The translations under genes were made by a program, and so were the position numbers. A stretch of DNA of 64,000 nucleotides from Flavobacteriia bacterium (lineage in GTDB: Bacteria; Bacteroidota; Bacteroidia; Flavobacteriales_D; Crocinitomicaceae), in NCBI GenBank assembly GCA_947463445.1, contig CANHRS010000002.1, positions 12,580-76,579 on the forward strand, in the 5' to 3' direction. The notes under the pieces are model-generated. The model was not told the origin of the DNA and ran no database searches. It saw nothing but the letters and a program-made list of their open reading frames with translations. Positions 18,952 to 30,200 of the stretch are shown here, in pieces. The stretch's first letter is position 1. Every line of letters starts with the position of its first letter.

Positions 18952-20611
18952 ACTTGATAGACTTAGATGGACTTATTCGCGTTACAATATAGGAAGGGAT
19001 AATTAACGCAATCAAACATACGAGTAAGGTTGCGCAGTTTAATAAAACTAAAATCCCAAGATTTATTTGAATTGGAACTGCGTTTAAATAATACACTTCA
19101 GCGTTTAGAGGAATAATTTTAAAATATTTTTGGAGGACACAAAATCCAATTCCAATCGCATTTCCCCAAAGCATTCCGCGTAAAATTAAAAATCCAGCTT
19201 GGTGAAGAAATACTTTACGAATTGTCCAATTGGATGCACCTAAAGCTTTCATCATGCCGATAAAGTTTGTTTTCACAAGAATCATTACCAGTAAAGCAGA
19301 ACCCATATTAATAACTCCAATGATGATCATCAAACTTAATATAATCCAAACATTAATATCCAGAAAACTTAGCCAAACAAATATATCACTTTGACTATCG
19401 ACGATGCTCGTTACTTTTAACAACTGATTTTTTGGACTACCAAGCAGGACCTGATTTTTTATAAATCGAACATCTTCTTCCAAAGAATTCCAATCTTGGA
19501 CCGAACATTCAAATGCACCAACATAGTTTTGATAACTACCTTTCCCATCGATTTGCGTAAATTCAATGGTACGATCACCGGCCGTAATCGAAAAGTAATA
19601 ACCAGATTGATCTAGGTATTTTTTTTCAACTACTCCTTCCGAATTGGTTTTAATAGGTTGAAAATTAGCTGAATTATGGTGAATTTTAACCTTTAAATAT
19701 GCTGTATCTGGTATGCTAGTTTCCCTATCCTGTCCGTCCATAAACATCCAATAATCAGACGCAATCACACGAATGATAGTATCTTTTGTAGGATAAAAAC
19801 CATAGGAACCAATATTGTCGTATCCAGTACCCCAGTCTAATCGATAATTACCATTTCCACCGATTGGATTTGCTTGAATTATTAAATTACCATTATATAA
19901 AGTGTCTGAAACAGTCACACTTACTTGCATACCCCAATCGTTGAGTTGTTGTATGTGTCGTAAGTCTGCAATAATCATTTGTTTGTCTAATTCATCATAG
20001 CCAGTTTCATAGATACCAACGATTTTAAACATCTTTTTGATGGGCTTATTTTTTACAAAAAAGGTTCTCGCTTCATCCCCAAGTTTATAATTCAGTGCAT
20101 TTGCAATTTTGGTGGAAATTAGTATTTCATCGGAGGTAGAAGCGGTATGATAGCGAGGCAATCTACCATGAACTAAATTCGCAGCAAAAAAGGACCAATC
20201 ATACGATGTATCTACTCCTTTTACGAGTACTCCTTGTATTTCTTGTTGAATTTCCGGATTTTTTTCACTAATATTGGACTGTAGAAGGGCTGGTTTATAC
20301 GCTACAGGTTGTATGTGTTTTATCTTTTTTGAAGTATTAAATGAAGGATAAAAGGATTGTTGCTTAGAGATAGGTTCACTTTCGTAAATGGTATTTTCTC
20401 CTGCTTTTGAAATAACAGCATGGGAACCAAAACCAATGACTTTATCGCGTACTTCTTGTTGAAACCCCTTAACTACAGCAAGTGTAATAATATTAACAAT
20501 CATTGCTAGAGCAATACTAATAATAGAGATACGAACGATTGGTTGAGAAACTTTTTTCCCTTCCACTTCGTTTTTTAGAAGTTTACGTGCTATGAAAAAT
20601 TCAAATTTCAA
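18944..20611 (-). CDS. FtsX/LolE-type ABC transporter permease with enlarged extracytoplasmic domain
   Basis: 555 aa. N-terminal FEFFIARKLL motif plus TM1. Three C-terminal TM helices of the FtsX domain (ILSLMIIIGVINMG..., GFLILRGMLWGNAIGIG..., LVLLNCATLLVCLIALII). TTG start at 20611 with no in-frame ATG nearby. Confidence 0.8.
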   Translation of the reverse strand: MKFEFFIARKLLKNEVEGKKVSQPIVRISIISIALAMIVNIITLAVVKGFQQEVRDKVIGFGSHAVISKAGENTIYESEPISKQQSFYPSFNTSKKIKHIQPVAYKPALLQSNISEKNPEIQQEIQGVLVKGVDTSYDWSFFAANLVHGRLPRYHTASTSDEILISTKIANALNYKLGDEARTFFVKNKPIKKMFKIVGIYETGYDELDKQMIIADLRHIQQLNDWGMQVSVTVSDTLYNGNLIIQANPIGGNGNYRLDWGTGYDNIGSYGFYPTKDTIIRVIASDYWMFMDGQDRETSIPDTAYLKVKIHHNSANFQPIKTNSEGVVEKKYLDQSGYYFSITAGDRTIEFTQIDGKGSYQNYVGAFECSVQDWNSLEEDVRFIKNQVLLGSPKNQLLKVTSIVDSQSDIFVWLSFLDINVWIILSLMIIIGVINMGSALLVMILVKTNFIGMMKALGASNWTIRKVFLHQAGFLILRGMLWGNAIGIGFCVLQKYFKIIPLNAEVYYLNAVPIQINLGILVLLNCATLLVCLIALIIPSYIVTRISPSKSIKFN

Positions 20612-20642
20612 GTTCTCTATTTATGGATTACGAAAGTACACA

Positions 20643-21872
20643 ATGCTTTTGTCCTTAAAAAGTATTTTCTTGATTTTGATATTAATCTTAACCGTTTCTT
20701 GGAAAAAAAGTGCAAAACAACCTATTTCTTTAGAAAGTATACCACCCATTGGAAAAGTAGATTCATCCAACCATAAACCATTAATATTAGCAGTCGAACG
20801 TTTGGACTTATATTTTGATTCTTTGGTTGGAAAGCGCGTTGCGATTGTTGGTAATCAAACATCCTTGATTGGGAAAACACATTTAGTAGATACTTTAGTT
20901 AGTTTAGGAATCAAAGTTCAAAAGGTGTTTGCTCCGGAACATGGGTTTAGAGGCATTGCCGATAATGGAGAACATGTATGGAACGATCGGGACCCAAAAA
21001 CAGGTGTAGACATCATTTCTTTGTATGGACATAATCGAAAACCTACCAAAGAGCAAATGTCGGATGTAGACATCGTATTATTTGATATACAAGATGTTGG
21101 AGTTCGATTTTACACCTATATTTCTACTTTACATTATGTGATGGAGGCATGTGCCGAGAATAACATTCCTTTAATTGTTTTAGATAGACCAAATCCAAAT
21201 GCGCATTATGTAGATGGACCAGTTCGCGACGAATTTCATAAATCCTTTATAGGCATGCATCCAGTTCCAATAGTGTATGGGATGACTATTGGGGAATATG
21301 CGGATATGATTAATAATGAATGTTGGTTACATGACAGTTTAGGCTGTAATTTATATGTTGTTCCATGTAAAAATTATACCCATGAAACAAAATATATCTT
21401 ACCCGTACCTCCAAGTCCTAATTTGCGCTCTGATTTTGCCATCTCATTATATCCAAGTTTGTGTATTTTTGAAGGAACTACCGTAAGTATCGGTCGAGGG
21501 ACTGATGCGCCTTTTGAAGTTTTTGGTCACCCATTATTTCCAGAAATGGATTTTAAATTCACACCAATATCTGGTTTTGGCTCCAAACGTCCTGTGAATG
21601 AAAATAAATTGTGTAATGGCTATGATTTAAAATGTTTAGGCATGCAGGAGGTGAATAAGCTAAATATTGATTGGATTATTCAAGCCAAAAAATTGTTGGG
21701 AGATTCTATTACTTTTATTGATCAACCGATCTTTTTTGATCGTTTAGCGGGCACTTCTAAATTTAGAAAGCAATTAATCAATAATGTACCAGAAGAAGAA
21801 ATTCGTAAATCTTGGGAAGATGATTTGCTCAACTTCAAGGTTACCCGAAGAAAATATTTGATTTACAAATAG
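20643..21872 (+). CDS. DUF1343 / NamZ-family exo-beta-N-acetylmuramidase-like protein
   Basis: DUF1343 signature blocks are present: VAIVGNQTS, FAPEHGFRG, DIQDVGVRFYTYISTL, VLDRPNP. Start placed at 20643 (MLLSLKSIFLILILIL signal anchor), because the ATG at 20592 would overlap the divergent permease gene. Confidence 0.83.
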   Translation: MLLSLKSIFLILILILTVSWKKSAKQPISLESIPPIGKVDSSNHKPLILAVERLDLYFDSLVGKRVAIVGNQTSLIGKTHLVDTLVSLGIKVQKVFAPEHGFRGIADNGEHVWNDRDPKTGVDIISLYGHNRKPTKEQMSDVDIVLFDIQDVGVRFYTYISTLHYVMEACAENNIPLIVLDRPNPNAHYVDGPVRDEFHKSFIGMHPVPIVYGMTIGEYADMINNECWLHDSLGCNLYVVPCKNYTHETKYILPVPPSPNLRSDFAISLYPSLCIFEGTTVSIGRGTDAPFEVFGHPLFPEMDFKFTPISGFGSKRPVNENKLCNGYDLKCLGMQEVNKLNIDWIIQAKKLLGDSITFIDQPIFFDRLAGTSKFRKQLINNVPEEEIRKSWEDDLLNFKVTRRKYLIYK

Positions 21873-21874
21873 TT

Positions 21875-23038
21875 TTATTTTAAAAAGGCTTCCATAAATA
21901 GTTCTCCTTGCAATTTATAGCCAGCTGTCGTAAAGTGAAGGTGGTCAAAAATCATGTAATTTTTCTTAATCCATACATCTACAGACCCATCTCCACCCAT
22001 TATTTGGTGCAAGTCCCACAGTGCAATAGAAGGATTTTCGATAGCGATGGTTCGAATAATTCGGTTTATTTCTGTTAATCGTTGCGGTCTTCTATCGTCG
22101 TATTTTGTATCTGGTGCGGTAGTGAAAAGAATATTTGTTTTGGAACTATAACGCGATAGTTTTTCGGTAAACATTCGGACTTCGTGTAGTAATTTTTGTT
22201 CATTTAATGTATCAATATAGGAATCATTAGTTCCCAAAGAAACAATAAGTAACTTTGGTTTAAGTGCACGTATTTGTTCCATAAATAATGGTGTATGAGA
22301 AACAAATTGGTCTAACGTAGATCCCGCGACGCCAAACTTATGGTAACTAATTCCGCGTTTTGGATGGGAATTTAGTTTAAGAGCGTATACCAATAAATTT
22401 TCTGATTTTGTAAATTCAAGTATATATTCTTTGTCCAACGAACTAAATGTAACCTCGGTAATTGCAGTATTTTTAGTAATCACATGGGTATGTATTTTTC
22501 CTTTTTGTATTTTCAATGGAAGTGGATTACCATCATAGTAATGAAGGAGTGAAATTTTAGTTATTTCAGGATATAGTGCATTAGATGTAAACGTTAACCT
22601 TCCATTATCAGAACTTAGATAAAATCCGAGTCCTGTAACACCCAGTTGTTTTTTATCGGTAGGATTTTTAATGGATGCGCGTTGCCATGTTCCGGTGGTA
22701 TCGATTGGAAATACTTTTTGACTTTGTTTATTAAAGAATTGATATGGAAACATCCAAGCGTCTTCGCTTTTCCCATATTTTTTTTCTAATTGATGTTTAA
22801 TTTCTCCAGAAAATTGTCCTATTTCAATGTGTGAATCACCGATATGCATAATGGAGAAAATAGAATCGTTTGACGTTGATAGGTTTTGTAATGCGGCAAA
22901 TACATCTGATAGTGCGTTTCGATGTAGAATTGTATCTATAGGGTTTTTTTGTGCGTTGAAAGTATCTTTTGTAACACCAGGCTTACATTTTGCTGCTAGT
23001 AGGATTATTACGACACCTAAAAAAAGTAGTTTCTTCAT
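21875..23038 (-). CDS. SGNH/GDSL-family hydrolase, secreted
   Basis: Signal peptide MKKLLFLGVVIILLAA. Block I HIGDSH, block III SLGTNDS and block V DHLHFT of SGNH hydrolases. Confidence 0.7.
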   Translation of the reverse strand: MKKLLFLGVVIILLAAKCKPGVTKDTFNAQKNPIDTILHRNALSDVFAALQNLSTSNDSIFSIMHIGDSHIEIGQFSGEIKHQLEKKYGKSEDAWMFPYQFFNKQSQKVFPIDTTGTWQRASIKNPTDKKQLGVTGLGFYLSSDNGRLTFTSNALYPEITKISLLHYYDGNPLPLKIQKGKIHTHVITKNTAITEVTFSSLDKEYILEFTKSENLLVYALKLNSHPKRGISYHKFGVAGSTLDQFVSHTPLFMEQIRALKPKLLIVSLGTNDSYIDTLNEQKLLHEVRMFTEKLSRYSSKTNILFTTAPDTKYDDRRPQRLTEINRIIRTIAIENPSIALWDLHQIMGGDGSVDVWIKKNYMIFDHLHFTTAGYKLQGELFMEAFLK

Positions 23039-23123
23039 GCTTATAATTACCGATTGAACGCTCTAAAATACAAATTCTATTTAGTAACTTCACCGCACAG
23101 AACTTTTCAAGAATAAAATTAAG

Positions 23124-24059
23124 GTGAAAATTTACACGAATTTCGATGAAATAGAAAAGATACCCAATCCGGTATTGACTATTGGCACATTTGATGGTGT
23201 ACATGTAGGTCACCAAAAGATTATTGAACAGTTGAATAAACGCGCAGCAGAAGTTGGAGGAGAATCTGTTTTATTTACGTTCTTCCCACATCCGCGCATG
23301 GTTATTCAACCAACAACGCATGGAATTAAATTAATTCAAACGCAGGAGGAAAAGATTGAGAAATTAGCGCGACTGGGATTAAAGCACCTAATTGTCTTTC
23401 CATTTACAAAAGCATTTTCGGAATTAACGGCAGAGGAATTTGTCGCACAATTTTTGGTTGCAAAATTACACGTACATACCATCATTGTTGGATATGATCA
23501 TCAGTTTGGAAAAAACAGAGATGGTAATTTAGAATTTTTAGAATCCCGATCTGCCTTGTATAATTTCGAAGTAAAGGAAATTTCTGCACAAGAAATTAAT
23601 GACGTTAATATAAGTTCTTCTAAAATCCGAGCAGCTTTAGCAAAAGGGGATATCACTACTACTAATCATTATTTAAACGAACCATTTCAAATTCGGGGCA
23701 CTGTCATTCATGGAAATAAATTAGGAAGAACCATTGGTTTTCCAACTGCAAATTTAGCGATAGATGATTCCTTGAAATTAATTCCTTGTAATGGAGTATA
23801 TGGTGTAGAGGTAATACTAGAGAATGGAAATAAGCATATCGGAATGATGAATATTGGTGTTCGACCAACCATCGACGAATCTACTACAACCCACATTGAA
23901 GTGCATTTATTTGATTTTACACACGAAATTTACGATCAAAAAATTCGGGTATCTTTAGTTGTAAGAGTTCGTGATGAACAAAAGTTTATACATGTGGAAG
24001 CATTACAAAATCAACTCGCACAGGATGAAATATTTGTTCGCACTTTTTTTTCTATTTAG
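23124..24059 (+). CDS. ribF: bifunctional riboflavin kinase / FAD synthetase
   Basis: 311 aa. N-terminal nucleotidyltransferase motif GTFDGVHVGHQ and the riboflavin kinase block GFPTANL. GTG start. Confidence 0.93.
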   Translation: MKIYTNFDEIEKIPNPVLTIGTFDGVHVGHQKIIEQLNKRAAEVGGESVLFTFFPHPRMVIQPTTHGIKLIQTQEEKIEKLARLGLKHLIVFPFTKAFSELTAEEFVAQFLVAKLHVHTIIVGYDHQFGKNRDGNLEFLESRSALYNFEVKEISAQEINDVNISSSKIRAALAKGDITTTNHYLNEPFQIRGTVIHGNKLGRTIGFPTANLAIDDSLKLIPCNGVYGVEVILENGNKHIGMMNIGVRPTIDESTTTHIEVHLFDFTHEIYDQKIRVSLVVRVRDEQKFIHVEALQNQLAQDEIFVRTFFSI

Positions 24060-24609
24060 TACGATTTACTCTTTTGCAAAAAAAGAAGTAGATACCATAC
24101 AGTATGTTACGATAGAACAAGCATTGAAAATGGACGTAGAATCAGTTACCGCCATTGATTTATCCAAACGCAAACTTACGGTACTTCCCAAAGAATTAAA
24201 GCAATTTACGTACCTACGCCATTTAAATTTGAGTAAGAATAAATTAACGGAAATCCCTGAATTTTTATCCAGTTTTGTTCATTTAATAGATTTGAATCTA
24301 TCTAAAAATAGTTTTACTGTTTTTCCATCCGAGATTTGTAAAATGAAAAGCTTAATACGATTAGGTGTTAGTCAGAATCCATTTTCTCATATTTCGGAAT
24401 GTATCGTGAATCTAGATAATTTAAAATATATAGATTTATTTGAAACTCCCTTAGAAACTTTCCCGAATGCATTTTTAACGATGAAAAACTTAAAAAATAT
24501 TGATATGCAAGGAATTGTGTATGGACCAACCTATCAACAAAAATGGATTAGAGGTTTACATTGGGTCAAAATAGCATTTGATGCACCTTGTGATTGTATG
24601 GAGAAATAG
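24025..24609 (+). CDS. leucine-rich repeat protein, secreted
   Basis: Signal peptide MKYLFALFFLFSTIYSFA at the internal ATG 24025. About 6 LRR units (LRHLNLSKNKLTEIPEFL, LIDLNLSKNSFTVFPSEI ...). Overlaps the ribF 3' end by 35 nt. Confidence 0.72.
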   Translation: MKYLFALFFLFSTIYSFAKKEVDTIQYVTIEQALKMDVESVTAIDLSKRKLTVLPKELKQFTYLRHLNLSKNKLTEIPEFLSSFVHLIDLNLSKNSFTVFPSEICKMKSLIRLGVSQNPFSHISECIVNLDNLKYIDLFETPLETFPNAFLTMKNLKNIDMQGIVYGPTYQQKWIRGLHWVKIAFDAPCDCMEK

Positions 24610-24648
24610 TATTAAATTTAGGAAAAACTAAAAATTAAAATAAAGCGT

Positions 24649-25470
24649 ATGGTAATTCAGCTAAAAAAAATAATGCTTGCATCTAGTATTATTGGTTTAT
24701 TCGCCATTTCTTCTTGTGCAAAAAAAGAAACAGATGCTACTGAAGTAACAAGCATTGCAACAGATGACAATGCTGCAGATAATTCATTTGCAGATTTAAA
24801 AGATGTAGTGGATCAAGTAGGAATCACAATTACAACAAAAGCGAACGAAAAATTAAATGATAATTGTATAAAAGTGACAAATTCATATTCAGATTCTATT
24901 ACTAAAAATATTAAATTAGATATTGATTTTGGTACAACTGATTGTGTTTGTAAGGATAATAAAACGCGTCGTGGAAAAATTACAATTGAGTATATTGGTG
25001 CAGTAGGTATAATAGGAAGTAAAGTAAAATACACACCAGAAAAATATTTTGTGAATAGTTATGGGGTTAGTGGAACAAAATTGATTAAAATCCTCGATAA
25101 ATGGAAAGATTCCATTAAAGTGGAGAATGGAAAAATTACGAAACCTGATGGTGGGATTATCACATGGAAATCCGATCGTGTACGCAAAATGATAGAAGGT
25201 AGCGACACACCATCATCTTCATTAGATGATACGTATGAAATTGTAGGTACATCTAGTGGTACCAATGCCTTTGGTAATAAGTATGCATTTGCTACGCAAA
25301 CACCTTTAGTAAAATCCAAAGGATGTCCATGGATAAAATCTGGTAAATTAGCTATCCAACGCGAAGGAAAAAAAGATGCAGTAGTTGATTATGGGAATGG
25401 TACATGCGATGATAAAGCAACGTTGAACGTTGGTACTTGGACAAAAGAAATAACGGCTAAAAAGTGGTAA
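24649..25470 (+). CDS. hypothetical lipoprotein
   Basis: 273 aa with lipoprotein signal LFAISSCAKKE. No family recognised. Confidence 0.65.
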   Translation: MVIQLKKIMLASSIIGLFAISSCAKKETDATEVTSIATDDNAADNSFADLKDVVDQVGITITTKANEKLNDNCIKVTNSYSDSITKNIKLDIDFGTTDCVCKDNKTRRGKITIEYIGAVGIIGSKVKYTPEKYFVNSYGVSGTKLIKILDKWKDSIKVENGKITKPDGGIITWKSDRVRKMIEGSDTPSSSLDDTYEIVGTSSGTNAFGNKYAFATQTPLVKSKGCPWIKSGKLAIQREGKKDAVVDYGNGTCDDKATLNVGTWTKEITAKKW

Positions 25471-25485
25471 AATAGTTATATTAAA

Positions 25486-25519
25486 AGACAAAGGGGACTC
25501 ATTTGTGTCCCCTTTGTCT
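25486..25519. terminator. bidirectional hairpin terminator between convergent genes
   Basis: A 13-bp perfect stem AGACAAAGGGGAC / GTCCCCTTTGTCT with an 8-nt loop, flanked by A-rich sequence on one side and T-rich on the other. Confidence 0.7.
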
Positions 25520-25533
25520 TTTCTAGCAATTAA

Positions 25534-27267
25534 TTAAAATCTAACAGTTACTCCACCCATTATTTGCAATGCTTGCACAGGATAGTTATACCATCTGAAA
25601 TAGTTTTGAGCAGCTAAATTGTTGATTTGTAAGAAAGCAGATATTCTCTCGGTATATCTGTATTCTGCTCCAATATTTCCGTCGATAATTAAACCAAGGT
25701 CTTTTACATATTTTCCGTCCTCTTTAATACTTGTCAAAGTAGAATCAAATAGTTGCGCTTTTCTACCCCCTTCTCCATGTAGATCTAAATGAAAACTAAA
25801 GCGGTTATTCAACACATAATTACCACGTACAATGAATTGATACATGGGTAAATTCCAGGCATATGGATTGTTGTTCGCTTGGTAATTAAAGAAACGTCCA
25901 ATGACATCTACTTTTAATTTCTCGTTTTGTTGGTAAGAAACAGAAGCCTCAGCAGTGAAAATTTGCATCGTATCATAAATGACATTGAATTGGCTTCTAT
26001 TGCGATGTATTGATGCTGAATCATTTACAAATAATGCTTTATTTGCCACTTGCGCAAAACTAGCACTTACATTAAAGTCCATGCGTTTTGTTAAAATCCC
26101 TTTTATTCCAAGAAAAGCGGTATAATTACTTTCATTGTTCAACGTAGGATTTGATTGCATAAATGGATTCTGCGCTGTTAGTGCTTTAAAATTATTTTGT
26201 TTTAGACTTCCTTTGATTCCGATGTATGGAATTAACACATTTTCAAACATGGAATATTTTACATCCACATTTGGAAAAATATATACTTTTTTGGAAGTTG
26301 TCAGAGAAGCACTTATGTCCATACCAACTTGTACTTTTAAGCGATTAGCTTTTGCATACGTGGTAATAGATGGTTTAATGGAAAATAGTGTATTGGAGAC
26401 ATCCTTTGCGCTATCTAAAACATTCATTACTTTATCCTTGCTACCATAGGTAAAATGATTCGTAATCAAATTAATATCTGCTGCAAAAATGTTGTTATTC
26501 TTACGGTACCAAAAATTATTGATGGAAGCAAAATTAGATTCATTCCCGTAAAATGAATTAAAATTTTCCTCTTTTGGTTTCGCATCAGAAAGTTGGTATC
26601 CTTTCACTTGCATGCTGTAGTTTAAGCGTAAACTATCCATACGGTTAGACATAAAAGTAACTGAACCACCTAATTCTTTGTAGCGTTGCGCAGTACTATC
26701 TAAATTAGCTTTAGGGTTTAAAGTACCATAACGATTTACGCCGTAGTTATCATAATGTACATCTCCCATAACGGAGTAAGTTAATTCCTTGATTCCTCCA
26801 AATGCAGAATACACCGTTTTATCAAAGTGCGCAGGTGCATATTTTTTGATTTCTCCAAAAGAACTCAAATGTTTGATATTTAGTCCGTACACATATTTTC
26901 TAGAACGTGTATTGTTATAATAAAGTTCCGCCAAAGGCATCAAAGGCGATGATATACCAGCCTTTACATACCCATTATATAATTTCGGCAATTTATTATC
27001 TGCCGAAACTTTTACATTCGCAGCCACGATTGGTTCTAATTTTATAGAAGTTTCGTGTTTCATCGTTAACAAAGGATATTCAATTGCTTTGTGTGTGATG
27101 ATAGTATCAATTAATTTAGGATTACTCGTGATACGTGTAGCTGGTTCTACCTGACGCGTAGCAATCACATTTAATTTAATGATACTGCTAGAATCTTTTT
27201 CATCTGTCTGTCCGAAGAGCGTTAAACTAACTCCGAAGAATAGTGCTATTAGTAGTAACTTTCTCAT
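25534..27267 (-). CDS. putative outer-membrane porin / beta-barrel protein
   Basis: 577 aa from the ATG at 27267 (MRKLLLIALFFGVSLTLFGQ signal). Beta-barrel-like composition with a C-terminal ...GGVTVRF. The start lies 1 nt after the stop of the upstream TPR gene. The resemblance to Bacteroidota 'putative porin' families is from memory only. Confidence 0.65.
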   Translation of the reverse strand: MRKLLLIALFFGVSLTLFGQTDEKDSSSIIKLNVIATRQVEPATRITSNPKLIDTIITHKAIEYPLLTMKHETSIKLEPIVAANVKVSADNKLPKLYNGYVKAGISSPLMPLAELYYNNTRSRKYVYGLNIKHLSSFGEIKKYAPAHFDKTVYSAFGGIKELTYSVMGDVHYDNYGVNRYGTLNPKANLDSTAQRYKELGGSVTFMSNRMDSLRLNYSMQVKGYQLSDAKPKEENFNSFYGNESNFASINNFWYRKNNNIFAADINLITNHFTYGSKDKVMNVLDSAKDVSNTLFSIKPSITTYAKANRLKVQVGMDISASLTTSKKVYIFPNVDVKYSMFENVLIPYIGIKGSLKQNNFKALTAQNPFMQSNPTLNNESNYTAFLGIKGILTKRMDFNVSASFAQVANKALFVNDSASIHRNRSQFNVIYDTMQIFTAEASVSYQQNEKLKVDVIGRFFNYQANNNPYAWNLPMYQFIVRGNYVLNNRFSFHLDLHGEGGRKAQLFDSTLTSIKEDGKYVKDLGLIIDGNIGAEYRYTERISAFLQINNLAAQNYFRWYNYPVQALQIMGGVTVRF

Positions 27268-27268
27268 T

Positions 27269-30200
27269 TTAGTTTTGTTTTTCAGGTTCAATTTCTTCTA
27301 TAATATCTTCAATTTCCACAGGCTTACTTTCATCAATTTCGATTTCCGTTGGCTGGTCAACAGGGATAGGTTCTTCTGCTTTCGGTGGGATTTTTTTCAA
27401 CATAACCTCCTCCAATTGTTTCTTTGCATCTGCTAGAATACCATCTTCTTGGTGTGGATAGTTTTCTATGATTGTGTTTAGCGTTTGCTCTGCTTGGAAA
27501 AGATCTGCTTTTTCTACAAATATTTTTGCATCAAGTAACAACCCTTTTGCAATCCAATAATCATATGCTGGTTTCATAGAAATCACTTCCTTCACTTCCA
27601 ATGCTGCTTGGTCAAAAGCACGGTCGTTGAAGCTCATTTCCGCAATTAAATAACGCGATTCGGCAGCTATTTCGGTGGTTGTAGTTGCAATGACAAAGGA
27701 TAAGGATTTTTTAGCTTCTACATGTTTTCCTAAATGGTAACTGGAAACACCCAATGCAAATTCTGCTTCCAATTTAATATTACTTGTTAATTGAGAGGAA
27801 CTTAACACTTTACCAGCATACTCCGATGCTGTATTCCAATGTTCCGATATGAAATGACAACGCATTAAACCAATGTGTGTATTTTTTAAGATATCTGCTT
27901 TAGAACTAATATTCTCCAATTTTGTGTAGTAGGTCAATGCCTCATCATATTTCTTGTTGTTGTATAGATATTTAGAAACACGAACAGCAGCTAGTTCAGA
28001 GAAGTCTGTTGTTGGTCCATCTAACAACTTACGGTAAATCTTAATAGCAGTATCTTCGTGTTTTAATTGAAAATGTGCATTTGCTAAATAAGAGGTCATC
28101 TCTATATGGAATTTACCTGCAGGAAATTTATTTAGGTATTTTTCTATGACAGGTATTGCTTGTGTATATGCACTATCTACGTATGGATCAAAAGCTGCTT
28201 GGTAATATATTTCTTCTTGTTGGTCTTTCGAGAATTCGGCACAATCGTATTGGGTTAAGATTTCTTCTACACGATCTGGTTGTAGTTGTGCTTTAAACAT
28301 ATTGATCAGTCCGTTTACAGCATCCGCACATGTTTTTCGATCAGAACTATAGGATTCTAATACTTTTTTAAATGTTTGCTCTGCAGTAACGTAATCCGAT
28401 CTTTTTAAATAAATATCACCAATTTCTATCATGGCACTTTTCACCAAAATGGATTCAGGGTAATCGGTAATCACTTTTTCAAAATAGGATAAAGCCTTTG
28501 CATCTTGTTTTTGAAGACGGTATGTCAACCCTAACTCATACATCGAAGTCATCAAATATTTAGACTGCGTGTAGGTGTTAATTAAATTTTCTAGATACAA
28601 AATACTATTTGCATAGTCTCCTTTGTATTCATATGCTTTTGAAATGTAGTACAAGGCTTGGTCTTCAAATCCATTTTTCAGATCATATGCATCTTTGTAA
28701 TATCTAATTGCTAAATCATTGTCTTTTAGCATATAATAGGCATCTGCCAAACGCATATATGCATCCAATCTTTTTTCTTTATTTTTTACGCTTTTAGATT
28801 CTTCCAAATACATTTTCAGCGACTCAATCACCGATTTATATTCTTGTTTTTCTAAGTATGCATATCCCAAACTATAATATGCATCTGCGCGCAAGTCATG
28901 CATGTAAACAGTGTGAAAATCTAAGAATGATTTGAAACCTTGAATTGCTTTTATGTAATTTTTAGAAAGAAAATGTGCTTCCGATTTCCAATATTTTGCT
29001 TTAGCAGATATCACTAAATCAACCGGATGCTTATCAACTAATTCATAGGCCTCTATAGCTTTAAAATAATTTCCTTTTAAGAAAAGTTCGGTTCCTCGGT
29101 TATACGCAATAATTTGATACGCAGTACCAAGTTTGATGTCCATTTTAGCAATTTTATCCAATGATTTTAATGCCTCATCATAATTACTTGTTTGCGTATA
29201 TACATTGATGAGGTATTCATACACCTCTTGTTTCCGTTTGGATTCTGGATATTTTTGCAGGTATAAAGTCAATGCTTTTAGCGCTTCATTAAACGGATTT
29301 ACATCAATTTTATAAGACAAAACCGCAAAGTTGTATAATGCATCTTCTTGTACGGTAGGACTAATATCAAGGCTTGCAGCTACTTCAAACGCTTTACGGG
29401 CAGCTAAATTATCGCCTTTACGTAGGTAACATTCAGCAATATGGTAGTAAGAAAGTTGACCCATTTCGTCTTTGGTAGTCGTAACCTTATCAAGTTGCTT
29501 GATTGCTTTATCGTATTGTCCGGTTTTAAAATAGGTATAACCAAGCTTATAGTCTTCTTCTCGGGATGATTTCGTTGCTTTACCATATTGTTCCAAATAC
29601 GAAGTCGCTTTATCAAAATTACCAGTACGGTAATAGGAATCCCCAATAATTTGGTTTACTTGTTTTTGATTAGCTTTACTTGTACTATCATTTAATGTGG
29701 AAGCAAATTGTGCTACTTCCTCATATTTTCCTTGGTAATAATAGATTTGACAGATATAGTAAGGCACCATAGATCCGTACATGTTATCTGCTTTTAGTTT
29801 TAGGAATCCTTCTAATGCTGTTTGATAGGATTTATCTTGGTAGGCGATATGGGAAAAATAATAGAGAGCAGGAGCACCATAGGTTGTTTTGCTATTTTTT
29901 ACTTCATACAACGCATTTCTACTTTCTGAGAATTTTTTCAATTGAAAATAGGAATATCCTAGTTTAAAGAAATATTCGTCTTTTTGTTCTCTTGGGATTT
30001 CTGCTTTTTCTAGTTTGGTAAACCATAAAATAGTTGTTTTGTAATCCTTTTTCCCATAGTAATAGGTTCCTAGTTTAAAATAAATAGTTGATTTATAAAT
30101 ACTTTCCGGATAATTTTTGATGAAGTTTTCGACTAGAGCAACTGCATCATTTTGTTGTAATTCTAATGCAGCCATCGCTTCATAATACGACGCTTTGGTA

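Noticed and set aside
20592-20642. Upstream ATG for the NamZ-like gene, and similar TTG/GTG extensions at 23971, 27291, 30430, 34515, 34588, 41529, 44880, 45460, 59355 and 62761
   Set aside because: In each case a downstream ATG yields a proper signal peptide or family-typical N-terminus. The extension overlaps a neighbouring gene or uses a rare start codon.
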